From a bacterium (GTDB lineage Bacteria; Zhuqueibacterota; Zhuqueibacteria; Oceanimicrobiales; Oceanimicrobiaceae), in assembly GCA_046758365.1 (NCBI GenBank), contig JBHIAC010000002.1, forward strand, positions 25,920-89,919: a stretch of 64,000 nucleotides of DNA, read 5' to 3'. The notes beneath the pieces are model-generated. The model made no database searches. It saw only the letters and a program-made list of their open reading frames with translations, and was not told where the DNA came from. The first letter of the stretch is position 1; each line of letters starts with the position of its first letter. The position numbers were made by a program, and so were the translations under genes. Positions 57,655 through 64,000 of the stretch are shown one piece after another.

Positions 57655-57694
57655 GGAATGGTGAAATACGCCAAGGAATGGTGATTTACGCCAA
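57655..57694. promoter_or_regulatory. Tandem enhancer-binding-protein sites (PspF UAS-like)
   Basis: Two 20 bp direct repeats GGAATGGTGAAATACGCCAA / GGAATGGTGATTTACGCCAA, each an imperfect TGG...CCA palindrome, upstream of the sigma-54 promoter. Confidence 0.8.
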
Positions 57695-58651
57695 AAGATC
57701 TCCCAAATCATATTTTTTATAATAATGACGAAATTGATCATACGTCATTCCAAGACTTTTTGCAGCCTCACGTTGGTTACCGGAAGCATCTTTAAGCGCG
57801 TTGAGCAATAAGGTTTTCTCATAAGCCATAATTTTCTCATAAAACGTGCCTCCTAAAGGTTCAAGCGAGGTAATTTCTAAAGGAAGTTCGGACGCTTGGA
57901 TAATCCCATCTTCGTCTGAAATATAAAGCCGTTCAACAATGTTTTTGAGCTCGCGAATATTGCCAGGCCAATGGTAGGCTTGAAGATCTTTAATGGCAGC
58001 CAGCGTGAAAGTTTTCTCCTCAAGATTGGGTATTTCTTGGTGCAATTGAGCTACAATATAATCAATTAAAACCGGGATATCCTCTCTTCTTTTTCTGAGT
58101 GGAGGCAAAATCAGTTCAGCAAAACTTAAGCGGTCATAGAGATCACGTAGGAATTCCCCACTTTCCATCATCTCTTCCAAAAGGGCATTGGAGGCGGCGA
58201 TAATGCGTACATCCACTTCAATAGATTTGTTTCCACCAACCCTTTCGAATTTTTGATATTCGAGCACCCGCAGGAGTCTTTCCTGTGCTGTCCGGCTCAT
58301 ATTTGCAACTTCGTCCAGAAAGAGTGTTCCAAGGTTCGCAACTTCTAATTTTCCTGGTTTAGCTTCCATGGCGCCTGTGAAGGCACCTTTCTCGTGACCA
58401 AACATTTCAGAAACAAATAATTCTTCCTGAAAAGCAGCACAGTTCACCACAATGTATGGTTTGTCAGCTCGACCACTTTCCTTATGAATGAAACGAGCCA
58501 GTAACTCCTTTCCAGTACCACGCTCACCGCGAACTAAGATAGGTCGAGGTATCTTGGCCAATTTTCTGGCCTCTTGAACTACTGCGGTGAATAGGGCGCT
58601 TTTTCCGACGCCTGCATAAACAGGTTCATAAAAATTTGTTATTTGACCCAT
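57686..58651 (-). CDS. pspF: PspF-like sigma-54 enhancer-binding protein (AAA+ and HTH, no N-terminal sensor)
   Basis: GERGTGKE, GAFTGA, TLFLDE, WPGNIRELKN, LGMTYDQFRHY. Start ATG 58651 or TTG 58660. Confidence 0.9.
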   Translation of the reverse strand: MGQITNFYEPVYAGVGKSALFTAVVQEARKLAKIPRPILVRGERGTGKELLARFIHKESGRADKPYIVVNCAAFQEELFVSEMFGHEKGAFTGAMEAKPGKLEVANLGTLFLDEVANMSRTAQERLLRVLEYQKFERVGGNKSIEVDVRIIAASNALLEEMMESGEFLRDLYDRLSFAELILPPLRKRREDIPVLIDYIVAQLHQEIPNLEEKTFTLAAIKDLQAYHWPGNIRELKNIVERLYISDEDGIIQASELPLEITSLEPLGGTFYEKIMAYEKTLLLNALKDASGNQREAAKSLGMTYDQFRHYYKKYDLGDLLA

Positions 58652-58787
58652 AGAATTCAATAATTTTAAAAAGTTACATAATTCTCTTTATTAAGTCAAG
58701 TTTGTGTTGAAACTCAATGCATTAATGAATTAATGTTGTATCAGGTTATATGAATAGTGGTTAATAGCTAATAAATTTAACTCGATA

Positions 58788-59831
58788 TTAATAATTTTTC
58801 TCGCTCAAAATATTGAGTAAATTTTCAAGACTTCGAGAGTTCAAAGTCTGCCAGAATAAAATATTTTTGTTTTTCAATGAATTTTCTTTAGCCAAATCTA
58901 ATATTGCCGAAAAAGTTTTTCCGGTGTACGTGGAATCTAAAATTTGATTCTCTTCAGATTTGAATAGTTGAATACTTTTTTCTCCTAAAGGAGTAGGCAC
59001 ACTGTATCCTTTTCCAAAATAGCTGTGGACAATACGGAAGTTGTTATGCCATTTCTTCAATGAAGACGAGGGGACACCATGGGTCTGCAAGAGTTCCAGT
59101 GTGCGTCGAATCAAATGGTTTAGGGTTAGTTTATTGGCAACTATGAAGTCTACGACTCTGACGGCCATAACTTGTGTTGGCCATCCAATCAGATTAAGAC
59201 CGATAGATAATCCAGCGGCTGTGCCACCACTGCCTAGAGAACAAAAGATAACATCTGGGATAGGCGCTTCACCCTTTTCACATTGCTCTTTCAATTCAAA
59301 AACAGCATTCACATAGCCCAAAGTCGTTAAGGGTGAAGTACCCCCTGGCGGAGTCAAATAAACTCGGGCATCTCTATTGGCTTTGTGCATTTGAATATAG
59401 AATACAAATGGAAAAGTTAAAAGTGATTTCGTGCAAATAACCCGTCGAGCTAACTGATGGGTTAGTTCTAAGTTCTTTACTTTATTTGAATCCAGAGGCT
59501 TGGGGAAAAAAATTATGTCTGTTGGCCATCCATTTAATTTTGCATAAATCACACAAGCTAATGGCCAGTTAGAACCTAAAGCGCTGTAAGTAAAAATTAA
59601 ATCAGCCTGTTTATTTGTTGCCTCCGCCAAACTAAATTCCAACGTGCGGACTTTATTGCCACCGTAAATTTCGCCACTTAAATCATCCCGCTTAATCCAA
59701 AGATTATTAAGCCCTAACTTCTTTCCCAAATTTTCTAATCGTTCCACTGGAGTAGGGAATTTACCCAAGGGCATCCAAGGAATATTTTTACTGAGGTCTT
59801 TATATTGCTTAAAGATTAAAGGTTGATCCAT
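58788..59831 (-). CDS. PLP-dependent ACC deaminase/D-cysteine desulfhydrase family enzyme
   Basis: FPTPV, WIKRDDL, GGNKVR, GSGGTAAGL, LDSTYTGK. Confidence 0.9.
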   Translation of the reverse strand: MDQPLIFKQYKDLSKNIPWMPLGKFPTPVERLENLGKKLGLNNLWIKRDDLSGEIYGGNKVRTLEFSLAEATNKQADLIFTYSALGSNWPLACVIYAKLNGWPTDIIFFPKPLDSNKVKNLELTHQLARRVICTKSLLTFPFVFYIQMHKANRDARVYLTPPGGTSPLTTLGYVNAVFELKEQCEKGEAPIPDVIFCSLGSGGTAAGLSIGLNLIGWPTQVMAVRVVDFIVANKLTLNHLIRRTLELLQTHGVPSSSLKKWHNNFRIVHSYFGKGYSVPTPLGEKSIQLFKSEENQILDSTYTGKTFSAILDLAKENSLKNKNILFWQTLNSRSLENLLNILSEKNY

Positions 59832-59841
59832 TTAACTGTGG

Positions 59842-61269
59842 TTAAATTGGCCATTTTCCCGGATTCATCATCCCATTCGGATCTAACAGCTTTCTAACTC
59901 TTCCCATAAGCTTCATAAAATTTGCATCAATTTTATCTCGATGTCTGTGAATGACCCATGGAGGGGTTTTGTAAGGGAAGAAGCCTAAGTCAATAACCAG
60001 GTCGCTCAATGCTTCGTTAAGTTTTCGTACGCGTTCTACTCGTTCAGTATTTGATTTGTCAAAGATGGCAATAAATCTTAGTACACCGAAATGACCTCCT
60101 TGCATGGGACGAGTTACTACAACAGGTGGGAATCCATACTCTTGCATCAGTTTCATGCCCTGTTTGACCCCTTCTTTCCATTGGGAAGTCGGACCATAGG
60201 TACCAATCCAGGTGAGACCGCCTAAATCCAAAAGAAAATCAAGCTCCGTTGGGAAGTCAGCAAATTTTTCAAATCGGGGGACGACTTTTACTAATTTCTT
60301 TATATCTAAAGGCGATTCTAATCGTACGCCCTTCTTCTGCTGTTCTTGGATTAATCGTTCTATTAGGATTAGTTTGACCTGGAATAATTCCTCATACTCA
60401 GCCGAAACATCAATATACAGATATTGTTCTGGTTCAGACGGATCTTTGTAAAGAGGATTTTTTTCACCAAATAGCATTTTCCCAACCGGCCATGACAGTC
60501 CGCCAATATCATCACAGACTTCGGCGCGAACGAGTTCTTTGATAAAATCATACATTTGCTCGGTGTCGTAAGCCAAAACAAAAAATCGTTTGCGATAAGG
60601 GTGGTTAGGCCAAAGTTGCACCGACAGCTTCGTGATGATTCCGGTTGTGCCCTGGAAATTAATAAATAAGCCAGTGAGATCTGGTATTGGAGCTTTGGTG
60701 CACCAAAATTTGCTGGACACTCCAATACCCGTTCGGACAATATCACCATTAGGCAAAACTACCTCAAGGCCATTTATCCATTGACCCGTAGTTCCATACT
60801 TTAAAGATAAATTGGTCAGGCCATCCAGCAAGCAATTAGCCAACACCGAAGTGTGTGGTGGCGACAAAGAGTAACCAAATCTCAATGAAGGGTGATTTTC
60901 GGCTAGATGCTTTTTCATATCATCCCAGGTTACGCCAGGTTCTATAATGGTGTACATATCTGTTTCGTTGGTCTCTAAAATTTGATTCATCTCGGTTAAA
61001 TCAACCACGATTCCCCCTTGTTCGGGTATGGCTAGGCCGCCGATATTACTATTCGCCACCCGCGGCACCACGGCTACTTGGTTGTCATTGGCAATCTTTA
61101 AAACATGCTGAACTTCCTCTATGGATTTTACTTTCACCACAACATCGGGGGGATGCCCTGGAATTTCGGTCCAATCGTCAGCATATTTTTCTAGAGTTTC
61201 TGATTGGTCAAAGACTCTTTCTAAACCGAGTTTGTCCTTTAGTTTTGATATGTAATTTTTTCTGAGCAT
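59842..61269 (-). CDS. FAD-binding oxidoreductase (VAO/PCMH/GlcD superfamily)
   Basis: PDVVV, VVDLTEMNQI, IEPGVT, GLEVVLPNGDI, GTTGIITK, LDPNGMMNPGK. Confidence 0.92.
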   Translation of the reverse strand: MLRKNYISKLKDKLGLERVFDQSETLEKYADDWTEIPGHPPDVVVKVKSIEEVQHVLKIANDNQVAVVPRVANSNIGGLAIPEQGGIVVDLTEMNQILETNETDMYTIIEPGVTWDDMKKHLAENHPSLRFGYSLSPPHTSVLANCLLDGLTNLSLKYGTTGQWINGLEVVLPNGDIVRTGIGVSSKFWCTKAPIPDLTGLFINFQGTTGIITKLSVQLWPNHPYRKRFFVLAYDTEQMYDFIKELVRAEVCDDIGGLSWPVGKMLFGEKNPLYKDPSEPEQYLYIDVSAEYEELFQVKLILIERLIQEQQKKGVRLESPLDIKKLVKVVPRFEKFADFPTELDFLLDLGGLTWIGTYGPTSQWKEGVKQGMKLMQEYGFPPVVVTRPMQGGHFGVLRFIAIFDKSNTERVERVRKLNEALSDLVIDLGFFPYKTPPWVIHRHRDKIDANFMKLMGRVRKLLDPNGMMNPGKWPI

Positions 61270-61298
61270 GATCTGATTTTTGAATTTTTACAAATTAC

Positions 61299-61339
61299 CC
61301 CAACGGATAGATGAACCCAACGGATAGATGAACCCAACG
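61299..61339. repeat. 17 bp tandem repeat, about 2.4 copies
   Basis: CCCAACGGATAGATGAA x2 plus CCCAACG. Confidence 0.85.
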
Positions 61340-61401
61340 AATAAATTTCTTGCATTTTAAGTTGAATTAGATGAAATCACACCTTTAAAATATTCTTAAA
61401 T

Positions 61402-61761
61402 TTATGAATCGATCCGCAAAAACTTCATCACTTTTAAAAGCTTAAATAAATTCCCTCCAACCTTTATTTTGCCCCTGAATAGAAATATTAAATAGTTCGT
61501 GCCTAATACTATATCAAGGAGTGCGTTTAGATCCCCTTTTACGCGTGAATTTATTTTGCCAAAGGAACCTCGATAAATCACAATGGACTCTCCGTTAAAT
61601 GACAAGGTCACATCCATACTGCTGGCACTAATCAAAAAGGTACCTTTTAACTTGCGAGCGGCTTTTTGGCTTTCTTCTGAGGATAAATTTGTCTGCAAAA
61701 TGTCCCGAAGGAAATATCCTATTAAATTCATTCTCTCAGGATCTGGAAATTTTACCTCCAT
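61402..61761 (-). CDS. SCP2 sterol/lipid-binding domain protein
   Basis: FLFRGKIKVGGNLFKLLK C-terminal pattern; 119 aa. Confidence 0.7.
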   Translation of the reverse strand: MEVKFPDPERMNLIGYFLRDILQTNLSSEESQKAARKLKGTFLISASSMDVTLSFNGESIVIYRGSFGKINSRVKGDLNALLDIVLGTNYLIFLFRGKIKVGGNLFKLLKVMKFLRIDS

Positions 61762-61789
61762 AATATGGCATCCATATGATTTTTAACCA

Positions 61790-62680
61790 TTAATTTCTTT
61801 CCTTTAAAACGGCCTTGGCAATTTTCTGGATCATTTCATTGAGACCAATCTTTGGCTGACCGAGTAGTTTTGTTTGAATTGGCGTATAGGCTGCTAAAGA
61901 CATACGATCTCTTTCTAGGTTTTCTTGATATTTTACATTTTCTACACTAAGGACTTTGGCCAGGCTAATGACCAAATCTTTCACTTCGAAAGGTTGCGGT
62001 GAAGTGATGTTCATAATAAGTGGCGGGATGCTACAGTGCTCGGTTGCGCGTGCCGTAAATTCTACCAAGTCTGAGTGCGCAATACAATTAATCCGCGAGC
62101 CGAAAAAGGTTGGGATTTCCTTTTCATCTAAAATTAAATTAGCCAATTTATACAGCACCCCATAACGCTCGTCATTACCAAAAAAATAGCGCAGGATAAC
62201 AGCCGGGGTTTTATTCTTGACCGAAAAATACCTTACCATGTGTTCACCTATGAATCGCGAGAGTCCGTAAATACCCAATGGCGCCTCTGGGGATTCTTCT
62301 GTAACGGGCTCGCTTGGCAATCCATAGACATTTCCTGTAGAGGCATGAATGATCCCTTTTGCGTTTTTAAATTGCTCCATAATGCGAATCAACAAATACG
62401 CGTTGGTTCGGTAGGCACGCTTTGGATCTTCTTCGGCACCGTGCATAAATGCAATCTCGTTAAAAATATAATCGAAATCTGAAGAAATCTTATTTAAGTC
62501 TTGCTTAGCTACATCCATTTGAAAAGTATTTATGCCCAAAGCTTCAAGTTGTTGGCGGGTCTCTAGGTTGGTAAAACGAGCAACTCCCAGGACTTTGTTA
62601 TTATTAACTAAAGACTTCGCAAGGTCAAATCCTACTCGACCTGAAACGCCGAATATCAATATTTTTTTATTTTTTACCAT
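61790..62680 (-). CDS. NAD-dependent epimerase/dehydratase (extended SDR, YxxxR variant)
   Basis: IFGVSGRVG, ASTGNVYG, YGLSR. Confidence 0.88.
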   Translation of the reverse strand: MVKNKKILIFGVSGRVGFDLAKSLVNNNKVLGVARFTNLETRQQLEALGINTFQMDVAKQDLNKISSDFDYIFNEIAFMHGAEEDPKRAYRTNAYLLIRIMEQFKNAKGIIHASTGNVYGLPSEPVTEESPEAPLGIYGLSRFIGEHMVRYFSVKNKTPAVILRYFFGNDERYGVLYKLANLILDEKEIPTFFGSRINCIAHSDLVEFTARATEHCSIPPLIMNITSPQPFEVKDLVISLAKVLSVENVKYQENLERDRMSLAAYTPIQTKLLGQPKIGLNEMIQKIAKAVLKERN

Positions 62681-63668
62681 CGAGGATGTGGTACTTTTTC
62701 AGCCAATCAAATGTTTTTTTGAATGATTCCGCCAAGGGCGTATTGGTAAATCCCAATTCCCTCCTTGCTTTTCCCGAACTAACATAATGGTTTATTTTTG
62801 TAAAACGAGCAATACGTGAAGAAATTTGCGGATTAAACCGAAATAGCTTACCGAGGCCATCGCCAAAATATCCTAATATTAGTAGGAGGAGATAAGGTAT
62901 CTTAAATTTCGGCGGTTTTTTCCCAAGAAATTCATTAACCAATGACAGAAATTCTTTGTAGGTCATATTTTGATTGGAAAGAATATATCTTTCACCAATT
63001 CGCCCTTTTTCCATGGCTAAGAGGTGTCCTTGTACTACATCATCTACATCCACAATGCTCAAACCTCCTCCGACATAAAACCACAATCTTCCTCGTTCTG
63101 CTATTTCAAAAAACTTATTTAACCCTGGGCGTTTATCCCAGGGGCCAAAGACATATCCTGGATTAACCACTACCACGGGCAGACCTTTTTTACAATACTC
63201 CAAAATAATATCCTCGCCTTCTCTTTTGGTGTCAATATATGGCAGTTTGAAATGTCCCAAATTAAATTCAGTCTCCTCGGTAGCAGGATTTTCTTTTGTA
63301 CCATAGCCGACTGACCCAATGGTAGAAGTGTAAACCATTTTTTCCACACCTTCTTGCAAGGCGGCCCGAGCCATGTTTTCACTGCCTAAAACATTGGTCT
63401 TCTGGAACCGTTCTCTTTCAAAAGGCGCTATTTTTAACAAGGCCGCCAAATGATACACCCTGTTACATCCTTGAACCGCCTTGCGCAAGGAATCATAATC
63501 CCGAAGGTTACCTATATGTTCTTCTATGGGCAGACCCGCTAATCCCAGCATATTACTCCACGCCCGACGCAGTATCCGTACGGATTCCCCCTGAGCTACC
63601 AGTTTTCTAACCAGATTTGTACCAATGAAACCCGTGGCGCCAGTGACTAGAATTTTAGTGTTTTTCAT
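62667..63668 (-). CDS. NAD-dependent epimerase/dehydratase (HpnA/dihydroflavonol-reductase-like SDR)
   Basis: VTGATGFIG, VYHLAA, YTST, YIDTK, VVVNPGYVFGP, VDVDDV, GERYIL. Confidence 0.93.
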   Translation of the reverse strand: MKNTKILVTGATGFIGTNLVRKLVAQGESVRILRRAWSNMLGLAGLPIEEHIGNLRDYDSLRKAVQGCNRVYHLAALLKIAPFERERFQKTNVLGSENMARAALQEGVEKMVYTSTIGSVGYGTKENPATEETEFNLGHFKLPYIDTKREGEDIILEYCKKGLPVVVVNPGYVFGPWDKRPGLNKFFEIAERGRLWFYVGGGLSIVDVDDVVQGHLLAMEKGRIGERYILSNQNMTYKEFLSLVNEFLGKKPPKFKIPYLLLLILGYFGDGLGKLFRFNPQISSRIARFTKINHYVSSGKARRELGFTNTPLAESFKKTFDWLKKYHILDGKK

Positions 63669-64000
63669 TTCAATACTAGGTCTTCAACTTAAATGTTAAA
63701 TTAACTACCTCCGTTGCGATTGTCAAGTATTTTTTAGGAACTAATAAAGGTGCTAAGATAATTTAAGCGACTTTTTATGTACAATGGAGTTAAAACATTT
63801 TGTTTTAAAATTTTCTCTTGACAAAAACTTAAATATTTAACATATTTTTGTAGATTTGTAGTCGAATGAATACAAAAACGTCTAATATATAGGATGCGAG
63901 TCAAAAAGATTCTAATAATATACATCTAATAGACAATGTCTATATTAAGACATTTGTTTCTCTTATTAGAAATAAAAATAGCTGTATGTTTCGTCTAAAC

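Noticed and set aside
61299..61339. 17 bp direct repeats as a possible CRISPR remnant
   Set aside because: Head-to-tail copies with no spacers, too short, and no cas genes; a simple tandem duplication.
63734..63925. 63 aa minus-strand ORF at the window end
   Set aside because: AT-rich divergent promoter region containing TTGAC boxes; no coding signal.
1..64000. rRNA, tRNA (including tRNA-Sec), integrase, transposase, prophage or CRISPR-cas genes
   Set aside because: No supporting motifs were seen by eye; a tRNAscan-SE/Infernal run would be needed to exclude small RNAs formally.

Overview
A 64 kb bacterial chromosomal window, almost all encoded on the minus strand. A C-terminal NYPNPFNP/FlgD-Ig-type sorting domain and the general gene content suggest an FCB-group organism such as KSB1 or Calditrichota; this is inference only. 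Main contents: (i) an AT-rich three-gene hypothetical module at the left edge that looks like a toxin-antitoxin-like or defence unit; (ii) two RND efflux loci, the second led by an ECF sigma/anti-sigma/MucB-like trio and bracketed by two copies of an unannotated MITE; (iii) an AhpD-like selenoprotein split by the ORF caller (CxxU plus SECIS-like hairpin); (iv) a split cytochrome b + octaheme cytochrome c + cupredoxin operon with no Rieske gene; (v) a candidate multi-helix structured RNA upstream of an osmoprotectant ABC transporter; (vi) a 10 kb phage-shock-protein (bacterial ESCRT-III) super-locus with two PspA paralogues, PspF, a consensus sigma-54 promoter and tandem enhancer sites, a GOLPH3/GPP34 protein, and a J-domain protein carrying a PspA-like N-terminal helix; (vii) an SDR-SDR-SCP2-FAD oxidoreductase-PLP enzyme cluster. 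There are also several pseudogene remnants, decayed attC-like sites and small intergenic repeats. No rRNA, tRNA, CRISPR array, integrase or transposase gene was seen. Family assignments come from recognising motifs by eye, not from database searches.
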